A stretch of 64,000 bases of DNA from Patescibacteria group bacterium (GCA_038064455.1 JBBTTB010000005.1:21983-85982), one strand, 5' to 3'. Shown: positions 18,552-27,742, counted from the stretch's first letter. The notes: generated by a model from the sequence alone, not told the origin. A program made the numbers and translations.

Positions 18552-19634
18552 ATGTTGTATCGCACGCATCGTCCGCATACATTCGCTGATGTCGTAGGGC
18601 AAGAGCACGTTATTCGCACCCTCAAGGGCGCGTTAACGAGCGGGCGCATTGCGCATGCCTATCTTTTTACGGGCCCTCGTGGCACGGGAAAAACAACCCT
18701 TGCTCGCATTTTTGCAAAAGCGGTGATGTGTCAGAACCGTGGCGCAAGTGGTGAGCCTGATAATGCCTGTCCGCACTGTATCGCGGTAGATAACGGATCT
18801 TCCCTTGATCTTATCGAAATCGACGGCGCCTCCCATGGGCGCGTTGATGAAATCCGTGCGCTGAAAGAATCGGCATCGGTTGCCGCTTCAAGCGCGAATA
18901 AGAAGATCTTTCTCATTGACGAAGTGCACATGGTCACGACGGGCGCGTTTAACGCTCTTTTAAAAGTGCTTGAAGAACCGCCTTCGCACGTCATGTTTCT
19001 TTTCGCGACAACGGATCCACAGAAGATCCCCGCAACGGTGCTTTCGCGTGTCCAACGCTATGATTTGCGCCGTCTCACGATTACCGAGATTTCTGACAAA
19101 CTATTGCGCATCGCGAAAGAGGAGAAAATGCCCCTCAAGCCTGATGCCGCTCACGTGATCGCCGCCGCCGCTGATGGCGCGCTTCGCGATGCAGAAGTAC
19201 TTCTCTCGAAAATGCACGGCATGAACGTTCCGGCACTCGATGTTGCCACGGTCACCGACGTGCTCGGGCTCGTACCCCATGCATTGCATCCAGAGTTTTT
19301 TGGATACCTCGTGGCGAATGATCGTGCCAACGCACTCGCATTTTTAGCACGTATCACCGAAGCGGGGATTAATCTCGATATTTTTGCTCGCGATTTTCTT
19401 GAATACGCACGCGCCGCTATGATCGCTCACGCAAACCCAGCGCTCCTTGCGGGGGTGAGTGGCGTGCATGATCACGCAACGCTTACTGCGCATGGGCAGG
19501 CCTGCACACCAGAGCATCACATTCGCATCATCATGGCATTTACCGATGCCCGCGCGCGCATGCGCACCGCATCTCTTCCACAACTTCCCCTTGAGCTCGC
19601 AGTGCTAGAGCTTATGCTCCCAGTGCAAGGGTAA
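18552..19634 (+). CDS. dnaX: DNA polymerase III subunit gamma/tau (short form)
   Basis: N-terminus MLYRTHRPHTFADVVGQEHV, Walker A GPRGTGKTT, a Zn module CxxC...C and an SRVQRYDLRRL sensor. Confidence 0.85.
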   Translation: MLYRTHRPHTFADVVGQEHVIRTLKGALTSGRIAHAYLFTGPRGTGKTTLARIFAKAVMCQNRGASGEPDNACPHCIAVDNGSSLDLIEIDGASHGRVDEIRALKESASVAASSANKKIFLIDEVHMVTTGAFNALLKVLEEPPSHVMFLFATTDPQKIPATVLSRVQRYDLRRLTITEISDKLLRIAKEEKMPLKPDAAHVIAAAADGALRDAEVLLSKMHGMNVPALDVATVTDVLGLVPHALHPEFFGYLVANDRANALAFLARITEAGINLDIFARDFLEYARAAMIAHANPALLAGVSGVHDHATLTAHGQACTPEHHIRIIMAFTDARARMRTASLPQLPLELAVLELMLPVQG

Positions 19635-19696
19635 ATAGCATCTGGTTTTTTATAAAATATGTGGTAAAGTATGCAAGCTCTTGAATAGGAGGAGTC

Positions 19697-19933
19697 ATGG
19701 AGCTTGTCGCGACGTTCCTAGGTGTAGCGCTGGCATACACCCTGATGCTCGTCTTCTCGGTTGCCGTGTTGGTGTACGGCCTCTTCTTGTGTGTCTCGGT
19801 GCTAGTATGGGATCGTGATTCACTTGGAGACATCGGCACCTCGGGGGTCATCGTTGTCGTGGGCCTGCGCCTCGCGTGGCTGATGTGGGACATCGGAGCG
19901 ATGCTCGGATCCCGTCTCCCTCCCATCTTCTAG
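19697..19933 (+). CDS. small membrane protein (2 TM), hypothetical
   Basis: AGGAGG SD 6 nt upstream, 78 aa, two hydrophobic helices, followed by a terminator. Confidence 0.4.
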   Translation: MELVATFLGVALAYTLMLVFSVAVLVYGLFLCVSVLVWDRDSLGDIGTSGVIVVVGLRLAWLMWDIGAMLGSRLPPIF

Positions 19934-19940
19934 CCACTCT

Positions 19941-19982
19941 GGCCGGACACGTATTCACTACGTGCCCGGCCTGGTTTTTTAT
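19941..19982 (+). terminator. rho-independent terminator
   Basis: GGCCGGACACG-(9 nt loop)-CGTGCCCGGCC followed by TGGTTTTTT. Confidence 0.65.
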
Positions 19983-20016
19983 TGCGAGAAGTTCTGTGGG
20001 TGCGTATACTGGAGAT

Positions 20017-21189
20017 ATGATCAATGTCATCTTGCTGGGGATCACATCACTCCTTACGGATCTTTCCAGTGAAATGATCGTCCCGATTCTCCCGTTCCTT
20101 ATTCAATCGCTTGGTGGCGGTGGATTGGCGATCGGACTCGCGTTTGGTGTAGGCGATGCCGTTGCGGCACTCATGAAGGTGTTTTCTGGATACTGGGCAG
20201 ACCGCACAAAGCGTTTTAAAACGTTTGTATTCGTCGGCTATTTCTTTTCTGCGTTTGCAAAGTTTTTCTACCCCTTCATTTCGAGCTGGCAAAGCATCGC
20301 CATTCTCCGTCCCATTGAACGCCTTGGCAAAGGGTTTCGTGACGCACCACGCGACGCCATCGTTTCAGAGTCGGTTCCTCCAAACATGCGTGGCAAAGCA
20401 TTCGGCGTCCAGCGTGCGATGGATAGCGTCGGCGCGCTCATTGGTTCCGTGGCGGTGCTGGTGCTATTTCTCATCTTTGGACTTTCTCTCCAAACGCTCT
20501 TTTTCTTTGCCGCACTGATTGGCATTGTCGCGGTGATTCCTATTTTCTTTGTGCGCGTGCCAAGCAACCTCACGCTCTCGCGCAAGCGCATTGGATTTCG
20601 CGAACTTCCTATAAAGGCGCGTTACTTCATCGCCATCGCAACCGTATTTGCCATTGCGAACTTTAGCAACGCGTTTTTCATTCTGCGTGCGCAGGGTTTA
20701 TTTACTGACCTTTCATTCCAAGATTCGCTTTCGTTGGCGTTGGTGCTCTACATCTTCTTTGGTATTTTTGACGCCGTATTTTCCGAACCTGCAGGCGCTC
20801 TCTCTGACCAGCTTGGCCGCCGCCGCATTATTCTCACGGGCTATTTGTTGTTTAGCGTCGTGTCGCTTGGGTTTATGGCCGTGCCGTATATTGCACACAC
20901 AACCGTTTCGCAATTTTTAGTGATGCTTGTGTTCTTTGCGCTCTATGGTGTCTTCCGTGCATTCATTGATGCATCACAGCGTGCTATGGTCGCTGATCTT
21001 TCGGATCCAGGGCAACGCGCAACAGCACTAGGAACCTTTGAAGCCGCAACGGGACTTGCTGCTATTCCTGCTGGTCTCATCGCTGGATTCCTGTGGGATT
21101 TCTCTCCTGCGCTCACCTTCGCACATGGGTTTGGCTTTAGTCTTCTCGCCAGCGCGCTCTTACTCGTGTTTATCCGCGACCAGAAATAG
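20017..21189 (+). CDS. MFS transporter
   Basis: 12 predicted TM helices with an MFS loop 2-3 motif GYWADRTKRFK. Start trimmed to the ATG at 20017, which has a GGAG SD. Confidence 0.7.
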   Translation: MINVILLGITSLLTDLSSEMIVPILPFLIQSLGGGGLAIGLAFGVGDAVAALMKVFSGYWADRTKRFKTFVFVGYFFSAFAKFFYPFISSWQSIAILRPIERLGKGFRDAPRDAIVSESVPPNMRGKAFGVQRAMDSVGALIGSVAVLVLFLIFGLSLQTLFFFAALIGIVAVIPIFFVRVPSNLTLSRKRIGFRELPIKARYFIAIATVFAIANFSNAFFILRAQGLFTDLSFQDSLSLALVLYIFFGIFDAVFSEPAGALSDQLGRRRIILTGYLLFSVVSLGFMAVPYIAHTTVSQFLVMLVFFALYGVFRAFIDASQRAMVADLSDPGQRATALGTFEAATGLAAIPAGLIAGFLWDFSPALTFAHGFGFSLLASALLLVFIRDQK

Positions 21190-21405
21190 AAAAAGGGGAC
21201 GGCGCTTAACGTTGCGCCGCCCCCTCCTGTTTCCGCAGTACCTCGGTTGGAGCTTTTCCCTGGAGCCTCCTCATGTGTGCGGTTATCATTTCGCGACTCG
21301 CGCCTTTGGCGCGCTCGCAGTGCTACGAAGTCACTATCATACCATAAAAATAGAAAAAAGCAAAATGACTTTTTGTATCACTGCGCTACTATATAAAAAT
21401 CACTC

Positions 21406-21762
21406 ATGGGCACATTCCGTCTTCCTGAATCAGAAAAGGCATATCGCAACGCTATAGCACAAGGTGCGCTCGCAGGTGCGTGCCCGTTGTGCGCGAAAGA
21501 AGCTATAAAAACGTTTACGCACTGGCGCCTTATCGTAAACGATTTCCCCTACGACAAAATCGCACGCGTACACCACATGCTCATTCCGAAGCGATGCGTT
21601 CCAGAAGGCAGCCTCACATCAGAAGAGCGCGAAGAACTACTCACGCTTAAGAGCGGCGAGATCAACGAAGGCTACGAATATATTATTGAGGCATTACACA
21701 ACAAAAAATCCATCCCCGGACACTTCCATCTACACTGCGTCATTGTGCGACACGAGGAATAG
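21406..21762 (+). CDS. HIT-family (histidine triad) protein
   Basis: C-terminal GHFHLHCV matches the HxHxHxx triad, and there is an N-terminal CxxC. Confidence 0.55.
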   Translation: MGTFRLPESEKAYRNAIAQGALAGACPLCAKEAIKTFTHWRLIVNDFPYDKIARVHHMLIPKRCVPEGSLTSEEREELLTLKSGEINEGYEYIIEALHNKKSIPGHFHLHCVIVRHEE

Positions 21763-21805
21763 TCTTGTTTGAAAAACACTCATCTTTCCTGTACTATGGC
21801 CCTAT

Positions 21806-21879
21806 TGCGGGGTCGTCTAATGGTAGGACAGCGGCCTTTGAAGCCGTGAATCTTGGTTCGAGTCCAGGCCCCGCAGCCA
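21806..21879 (+). tRNA. tRNA-Gln (anticodon UUG)
   Basis: Manually folded cloverleaf. Acceptor TGCGGGG/CCCCGCA with U1:A72 and G73 as in bacterial tRNA-Gln, D-arm GTCT/GGAC, anticodon stem GCGGC/GCCGT with loop CTTTGAA, T-arm CTTGG-TTCGAGT-CCAGG and an encoded CCA. Confidence 0.8.
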
Positions 21880-22037
21880 AGTCGAGATAGGCTTTCGTGC
21901 CAGAAGGGCGGATATCCTCTCGCGCACCCCACGCCTATGTCTAAGTTTGAAAATACATAAATGTCGGAGTATAGTTGACGAGTAGTAATCACTGTCGAGA
22001 CTTCTAAATTTATAATAGCTGCAATTAAAACAGACAT

Positions 22038-22436
22038 ATGTCAAAAGAAGGACTTCCCACAGGGGTAGATACGAGTGTAGAGAAGGGGCCTGATTCTATA
22101 GTAGAAAATGACAACCAAGAACGGTTCGCTTCCTTGGTAGCGAACCCAGTTTTTGCTAAGTTAGAAATAGCAGCCGCTGAATCTAACCCAGTGGTCTTAG
22201 GTGCAGCAGTGCGACAACTGTTTAAAGATATGAGTCTCGATGATCTGCGGCAGGCGATCGAGTTTTCAAAATCGGTAGTTTTGACTTTACGAGATTTAGC
22301 TAATACACCGGAGCAAATTAAGAGAAACAGGAGTGCTCCAGTCACTCGCCTCGATCATGCCATTCATAAGCTTGATAACTACGAAAGAGTAAGACGAAGT
22401 CTTAGTGGCATGATTGAACCCCCAAAGAATCCTTAA
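22038..22436 (+). CDS. hypothetical protein
   Basis: 132 aa, first gene after the tRNA, with an AT-rich upstream region. Confidence 0.4.
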   Translation: MSKEGLPTGVDTSVEKGPDSIVENDNQERFASLVANPVFAKLEIAAAESNPVVLGAAVRQLFKDMSLDDLRQAIEFSKSVVLTLRDLANTPEQIKRNRSAPVTRLDHAIHKLDNYERVRRSLSGMIEPPKNP

Positions 22437-22458
22437 GTCGTGATGATACAAAATACAC

Positions 22459-22677
22459 ATGATTAAAACTTTACCCGTGTGGGCAAAAATAGCTTGGTGG
22501 GCGAGTGTAGTTGTTATACTTGGCCTCGCGATCATAACAGTGGATACGTTAGCGGGGATTAACTCCGGAAGGTACGACTCAATGGCCTTTCTGGTTTTCA
22601 ACTATTTAGTTATCCCAGTTGGAGGACTTTTAGTGTTGGTTTGGGCCATTGTTTTCGTTGTCCGACGAAAGAAATAA
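22459..22677 (+). CDS. small membrane protein (2 TM)
   Basis: 72 aa with two hydrophobic helices and a basic C-terminus. Confidence 0.35.
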   Translation: MIKTLPVWAKIAWWASVVVILGLAIITVDTLAGINSGRYDSMAFLVFNYLVIPVGGLLVLVWAIVFVVRRKK

Positions 22678-22710
22678 AATGAGAAATAAGGCGTATACTA
22701 CAGCCACTCA

Positions 22711-23337
22711 ATGGCTAATCAAATCACCCATGTTGCTTTAGCAGAAAAGAAGTATGACTCACTTTTCTCAAAATTTGGGAAAGAAGATTTTTTTATTGGC
22801 ACAGTATTCCCCGATATTAGATACCTGGGCGTCATAGACCGAGAAAGAACCCATAATACAAACTTTTTACTACCAGCTATACTCGATGGTGAAAACACTG
22901 CATTTCAAGCAGGAGTAAAGTATCACTGCCTCGTTGATGCAGTTCGGGAAAAGTTTATTATCGAACAGGGCCTCTACGCTTTAGTGCCACAATCAAAGTA
23001 TATTACTCAAGCGATAAAGTGCCTGGAAGATGAAATCTACTATCCCAAAGTGTCGGACTGGGCAGTATATGTTGCGATGCTCCACAAGACATTGCCGGAA
23101 GAAACTGCCTACGGGGTAGCATCCGATGATATTGCGCGTTGGCATAATCTTTTAGCGGACTATTTTCGTAAAACTCCAGACGATATAAGTCGCGAGGGCT
23201 TGATGATGAGTATTGGATTTCCAAAAACTGTAGCAGATGAGATCAATACCTTGGTTCGCCAGATGCGGGAGAGTGGGCCAGTTGTGGGTATCATCGCGCA
23301 GTTTTGGAACAACTTTGATGCGCTTCTCAATGAATAA
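22711..23337 (+). CDS. hypothetical protein (His/aromatic-rich N-terminal motifs)
   Basis: 208 aa with THVALAE...GTVFPDIRY...H motifs. Its stop overlaps the next start (ATGAATAA). Confidence 0.45.
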   Translation: MANQITHVALAEKKYDSLFSKFGKEDFFIGTVFPDIRYLGVIDRERTHNTNFLLPAILDGENTAFQAGVKYHCLVDAVREKFIIEQGLYALVPQSKYITQAIKCLEDEIYYPKVSDWAVYVAMLHKTLPEETAYGVASDDIARWHNLLADYFRKTPDDISREGLMMSIGFPKTVADEINTLVRQMRESGPVVGIIAQFWNNFDALLNE

Positions 23338-23881
23338 TCTTGAAAAAATACGCGGCCTCTCTTGGCCAGATGTTGTAGACACTTGGCGTTCAACTGAAGA
23401 AAACCTAGAGCACTGGCAGAAGTTTTGGTCGGCGAAGGGCTTTTCATCGTGGCAGGCGTGGCGAGAGAAAACCCACGCCAACCTGCGAGGTCCCGAACTC
23501 TCCTGGGCGCTATACAAAGTATCAGACTCGCTCAATCAGGTGCCACAATGGCGAGGCGGAATGTTTCACTCGTGGGCTAAGTGGTTCTATCCGATGCTTG
23601 CCGAACAGCCGCCACGATTGAGAGATTTACTTGAACATCCAGGAGTGCATAATCACTGGTTCATCCGAGACATTGCCAAAACATTCCCTGCGGCCACGAC
23701 GATTATGGCGATACGAACCTCAAATGGAGATATTGTAATTGTTGAGGGGATGCACCGCTGTTGCGCATTAGCACTTCTTGCGCGCGATAAGAAATCTGTG
23801 GCTACCGAGCTGAATATTGTCCTTGCCGACTGGCCGTTTGGTGATATGCCGCGCCTAGGGAGCGGCTGGGAGAAACCATGA
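23330..23881 (+). CDS. ParB/Srx-fold (ParB-like nuclease domain) protein, Trp-rich N-terminus
   Basis: C-terminal IVIVEGMHRCCALALLA resembles the (D/E)GxHR core of ParB N-domain/sulfiredoxin nucleases. It is translationally coupled on both sides. Confidence 0.4.
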   Translation: MNNLEKIRGLSWPDVVDTWRSTEENLEHWQKFWSAKGFSSWQAWREKTHANLRGPELSWALYKVSDSLNQVPQWRGGMFHSWAKWFYPMLAEQPPRLRDLLEHPGVHNHWFIRDIAKTFPAATTIMAIRTSNGDIVIVEGMHRCCALALLARDKKSVATELNIVLADWPFGDMPRLGSGWEKP

Positions 23882-24333
23882 AAAACCTCCCAATACTCTT
23901 TCTGAAAGCAGTCATCGTGCTCATCGGCATCGGTGCGCTGGCTTTTCTCCTTATAGAACCCCACTTTGAAGGCAGGAATGTAAATGCCACGCTCTTTCAG
24001 ATTTACTTTAACGATCCATTCTTAGTATATGCATACATTGCATCTATTCCATTCTTTGTGGCGCTTCATCGGGCATTCAAGGTGCTGGGGCACGTAAGGC
24101 GTGGCAACACATTCTCTCAAGCGACTCTGCGTGCGATGCGAACGATCAAACACTGTGCAGTAGCCATCATAGCTTTTGTTATTCCCGGGATCATCTTTAT
24201 TCGGTTTTTTAGTGGCAGTGATGACTCCGCCGGCGGAGTTGCCATGGGTGCCTTCGTTATCTTAGGCTCGCTTATCGCCGTAGCCACCACAACAACGATT
24301 GAGCATATTCTGCAGGATGCCGGTGGGCGCTAG
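23878..24333 (+). CDS. DUF2975-like 4-TM membrane protein
   Basis: 151 aa with a four-helix topology and conserved-looking loop motifs. The start overlaps the previous stop (ATGA). Confidence 0.35.
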   Translation: MKNLPILFLKAVIVLIGIGALAFLLIEPHFEGRNVNATLFQIYFNDPFLVYAYIASIPFFVALHRAFKVLGHVRRGNTFSQATLRAMRTIKHCAVAIIAFVIPGIIFIRFFSGSDDSAGGVAMGAFVILGSLIAVATTTTIEHILQDAGGR

Positions 24334-24371
24334 TCGTTTGTGTTTCAGAGAGCTGGGCGTATACTGATGAC

Positions 24372-25031
24372 ATGATAGATACAGTTCCGCCGATTCCACC
24401 GCTGATACCGTCTCAAGCACCGTCCGACTCGGGTGGATCCAAGTACAAGCCCGTGTGGTCGTGGTTGGTTGGCATTTTGATCCCGATAGTCTTTTTTGCT
24501 TCGTGGATTGGCTTTTCTCGTCCCGGCTCACCCTTCGGAAATGGACTTACGGCGGCATACCTAGGGGCACTCACTGATATATTATTAGTATCGGCGCTAT
24601 GGCCGATGCTTATTGCGGTAAAAGTCGGTATTCCCTACATGGTTGTTGAGGCCGCCGGCTTCGGTTTGCCGTCACCGCTTGGGTTGCTCTTGAGCGGATT
24701 TGTCTGGATGCTTATCGGGAGGGGGTTATATGTGCTCTACCATTCGCGTCTTAAGATTATTTTTTGGCCCCTTATTCTTGCCGCAATTGGTGCGCTAGGA
24801 ATTGGCGCATATATCGGAACTGGAGATTTTCGTACGATAGAAAAGGCGAAAGAAACGAAAAATGTTTCATACTGCAATAGGTTTGAAGGCGAAGCGAAGG
24901 GGTATTGTCTGATTGATGTTGCGGTTGCCGCCAATGACCCGAGCATATGTGAAAACATACCCGGGTTTCAGCGTACCGCATGTTTTCGTAGTTTAGATGC
25001 GCCATACACACCCTTGCCGGGCATGAAGTAA
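24372..25031 (+). CDS. polytopic membrane protein with Cys-containing C-terminal tail, hypothetical
   Basis: 219 aa with about 5 TM helices and a C-terminus carrying C..C...C..C. Confidence 0.4.
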   Translation: MIDTVPPIPPLIPSQAPSDSGGSKYKPVWSWLVGILIPIVFFASWIGFSRPGSPFGNGLTAAYLGALTDILLVSALWPMLIAVKVGIPYMVVEAAGFGLPSPLGLLLSGFVWMLIGRGLYVLYHSRLKIIFWPLILAAIGALGIGAYIGTGDFRTIEKAKETKNVSYCNRFEGEAKGYCLIDVAVAANDPSICENIPGFQRTACFRSLDAPYTPLPGMK

Positions 25032-25134
25032 GACAATGTGAGTAACGCGATATTTTTACTAGAGCTAAAAATTCAACTTACCTCTCGGTCACTATGCACT
25101 CTTTGGTAGCTCTCTTTTAGATGGAGAGGATCAG

Positions 25135-26715
25135 TTAATTCAGTTCGGCTGAACGGCGATCCTCATATCGCGTAATGCGACGACCTAAGAGAGCGGTTGT
25201 GCGACGTTCAAGTGCATTGGTAATAGCATCGTATCGCTCGTCATCCTTTTTTCCTTGAGCGGCCTGCGCGAGCTCAAGAAGCGCTTTTGCGTGCATGCGA
25301 GCCCAGCGGGCCTGCTGCTCCTGGTTCTCGTAATCAAGGCCTTTGTCGAGTTCCGCTTCCGACACTCCGGCTTCTTCTCGAGCCTTTCGGTCATGGTGCT
25401 TCCACGCTTCCAGAATTTCAGTTGTCCAGTACAGTTCTCGAGATTCGTTATCGGCATAACTATCGTATGCGTTGGCGGCACGACTGATCATGCCTCGATA
25501 GCTTAACCCTCGGCGAAGCGCGTCGCGGTGATCGGTAAATACATAGAGGTCGTCGATCCACGTTTTTTCCTCCATGTCTTCGTACTCAGGAGTACCCGAT
25601 GGTGGCAATTTCGTTTCCCGCACCTTGTCTGGAATAGGACGATCGGGGCGTTCTGGTTGGGCTGGTTTTTGGTCTTCTCCTTTTCTCCGACGTGGCAACA
25701 ACAAAGGAATGAAAAGAAGGAGAGGTACTGGTATGATCAGCGTTTCGCTCTTATCTCCTTCATAGCTTACGGTGATTTTTACCCCTCGTTTTGAGCTCAG
25801 AATTTCATCAAGGCGCCCTTTGTGTTCCAGTGGTTCATTGTTGTTATATTTACGAATGAGGTTAAATATCTTCTCAAGAGAATCAACGCCATTCTCATCC
25901 TTTGCAAGTTCTGCAAGCTCTGCCTGTTCGGATTCACTAAACTGAAGCTCTTCACCTTGCACCTGCATGGCGGCCGCTTCGAGTTGATCGGCGCTGATTC
26001 CTTTGCGGGCGAACCCTTCTCTCATCGCCTCAAGCGCATGAGAAGCGCGAAGCTCTCCGAGCGCGATATTTTCCTGATCAATGGCCTCTTGCTCTAACGT
26101 ATTCGCGCCTTTGTGTTCCGGACCCTCCGGTGAAGCCAGACCGGTTACGGCGATGCGGGTAATGCGTACATCCTGCAGTCCAGGTTGCTCGTGATGGAGC
26201 CCGTAGACTTCTTTACTCCGTGCGAATCCATAAAGCACGTCCGCGAGCTGTTTCTCCACCTCTTGATCCACGTATTGTACAAGACGTTCTTGCCCTTCAG
26301 GATCAACCGATGTTGCCGTGTCAAAGCCGCGACTGTATTCATAAGGCAAGTGAGCTGTGCGCTCCATTTCCTCTTTTATGTCTCGAGAGACTTCAATTTG
26401 GAAGGGGGCGATGAGTGACCATGGATTAAATCGAGTTTCACCCTTGTCGTCTTTGTAAAAAAATGCCAAATGACCGTCCGGCCACTTTGCTTCCCACCCT
26501 TGTTCCGCTACTGTTGTTTCGAGTTCTGCCTTATGAGTCTTTGCTTCGACGCTTCCAGCACCGCCAAGACCGGCAAACAGAGCGAGATAGGTGATTCCAG
26601 CCTGTTCGCGCATGCGTTGCGACCATAGCTTTAATCGCCTCGATTCTTGAGGCTCTTGTGTCTCAGCGGCCTCAACGTGACTAACCGGTTCATGTGAGAG
26701 AGGTGTTTTTTCCAT
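25135..26715 (-). CDS. hypothetical protein (526 aa, acidic, central TM segment)
   Basis: Long clean ORF on the minus strand with a central LIIPVPLLLFIPLLLPRRRK hydrophobic segment. No recognisable catalytic motif. Confidence 0.5.
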   Translation of the reverse strand: MEKTPLSHEPVSHVEAAETQEPQESRRLKLWSQRMREQAGITYLALFAGLGGAGSVEAKTHKAELETTVAEQGWEAKWPDGHLAFFYKDDKGETRFNPWSLIAPFQIEVSRDIKEEMERTAHLPYEYSRGFDTATSVDPEGQERLVQYVDQEVEKQLADVLYGFARSKEVYGLHHEQPGLQDVRITRIAVTGLASPEGPEHKGANTLEQEAIDQENIALGELRASHALEAMREGFARKGISADQLEAAAMQVQGEELQFSESEQAELAELAKDENGVDSLEKIFNLIRKYNNNEPLEHKGRLDEILSSKRGVKITVSYEGDKSETLIIPVPLLLFIPLLLPRRRKGEDQKPAQPERPDRPIPDKVRETKLPPSGTPEYEDMEEKTWIDDLYVFTDHRDALRRGLSYRGMISRAANAYDSYADNESRELYWTTEILEAWKHHDRKAREEAGVSEAELDKGLDYENQEQQARWARMHAKALLELAQAAQGKKDDERYDAITNALERRTTALLGRRITRYEDRRSAELN

Positions 26716-26803
26716 AACGAAAAGTATACACCTTTTTCCATGATAAAAGGAGTATTCTGTACTTAATAGTGCGGCCTACATCAAGACGCTCCCGTAGGGG
26801 ATA

Positions 26804-26832
26804 TTGACCCTTCCGATTTATTATTGTATCCT
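26804..26832 (+). promoter_or_regulatory. sigma70-like promoter upstream of the Cys-rich micro-ORF
   Basis: TTGACC at 26804..26809, a 17-nt spacer and TATCCT/TATATA. Confidence 0.35.
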
Positions 26833-26882
26833 ATATATCGATCTTTCCCCCGTACCTTTCTGGGGAGGAGGTGAGGAAGAAA

Positions 26883-26984
26883 ATGGCGCGCGACTGTTCG
26901 CACAGTGGCAAGTGCGGTACCAAGAACCACACCGGCAACAGCAGCCACGGCTGGTGCAAGTACTGCAAGAAGTGCAACAGCTGA
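26883..26984 (+). CDS. 33-aa cysteine/histidine-rich peptide MARDCSHSGKCGTKNHTGNSSHGWCKYCKKCNS
   Basis: ATG at 26883 with a GGAGGAGGTGAGG SD 5-12 nt upstream and a TGA stop at 26982. A perfect terminator follows 15 nt later. The ORF is absent from the supplied ORF track, which lists only ORFs of 60 aa or longer. Confidence 0.45.
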   Translation: MARDCSHSGKCGTKNHTGNSSHGWCKYCKKCNS

Positions 26985-26998
26985 CGGCAAGGTCGTGA

Positions 26999-27034
26999 CA
27001 TGGGGGAGGCTCGCATAGCTCCCCCATGTTTTTT
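26999..27034 (+). terminator. rho-independent terminator
   Basis: CATGGGGGAG-gctcgcata-GCTCCCCCATG followed by TTTTTT. Confidence 0.7.
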
Positions 27035-27047
27035 ACAAGGAGGCACA

Positions 27048-27277
27048 AAGTGGCTCAAGTGGGCAAGCCGTTTCACGAGCTGACGGAAAGCGAGGCGAAG
27101 AAGATCGTCAAAGCGATCGTGAGATCGTCGCACTCGGAGGAGGAAATCCGCCGGCGCCTGACGGAGGCGGGCTTCAGCGGAGCGAGTGCGCTCATCGCTG
27201 CAGACAGCTGCTGCAATGGGTTCCAGGTGATGGTTCGCTCCCCACGTGGGAAGACCATCAGCATCTCGGCTCACTAA
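27048..27277 (+). CDS. small hypothetical protein (GTG start)
   Basis: AAGGAGG SD 7 nt upstream of the GTG. About 76 aa (VAQVGKPFHELTESEAKKIVKAIV...). Confidence 0.4.
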
Positions 27278-27287
27278 GGAGGACGTC

Positions 27288-27437
27288 ATGAGCGTTCGAG
27301 AACAAGCAGAAGAAGTCGTCGAGACGCTCGACGACGCGACGTTCTTCACCGCGCTTCAGGCGGAGTGCGAAGAAACGCTCTTCCTCCTGAGGACCCGAGG
27401 ACCGAGGGGTGGAACACGCTCATGCGTGCACGCATGA
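27288..27437 (+). CDS. small acidic hypothetical protein
   Basis: TAAGGAGG SD upstream of the ATG. 49 aa (MSVREQAEEVVETLDDATFF...). Confidence 0.3.
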   Translation: MSVREQAEEVVETLDDATFFTALQAECEETLFLLRTRGPRGGTRSCVHA

Positions 27438-27547
27438 GCACTCTGCATCAGCTCACTGGAGCAGCCCTCGGCAAGAACAAGAAGTAGCACAACCTCGGTC
27501 TCAACGACGCACGGCGGCTAGCGATAGCCGCCTTTCTCTTTGCAAAA

Positions 27548-27578
27548 GCCTAGCATTCCCATGTGTGAGCGCGTAGAA
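27548..27578 (+). repeat. 31-bp promoter-like box, copy A (GCCTAGCATTCCCATGTGTGAGCGCGTAGAA)
   Basis: Near-identical to copy B at 28384..28414, 29 of 31 matching. It sits just after a terminator-like hairpin. Confidence 0.6.
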
Positions 27579-27598
27579 CGAGAGTACGCATCCGATAC

Positions 27599-27628
27599 TT
27601 GACACTGCTACTATCTTCTCTGTATAAT
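27599..27628 (+). promoter_or_regulatory. consensus sigma70 promoter (TTGACA-18-TATAAT)
   Basis: TTGACA at 27599..27604 and TATAAT at 27623..27628, about 115 bp upstream of the ATG at 27743. Confidence 0.5.
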
Positions 27629-27742
27629 ATTGTTGTTAGTGCGCACCTTACAATAAACCGAAACCGATATACCGCCGCACACTGCGGCCCCGGCCTTTCA
27701 GGCGCGGGAAGAATACCGACTTTCAGCCGGAAGGAGAACGTC

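Noticed and set aside
26821-27048. 75-aa Cys-rich minus-strand ORF (MCLLVKNMGELCEPPPCHDLAVSCC...).
   Set aside because: It is the antisense shadow of the 33-aa Cys-rich + strand micro-ORF (TGC/TGT codons read as GCA/ACA on the other strand). It has no SD and runs through the + strand terminator.
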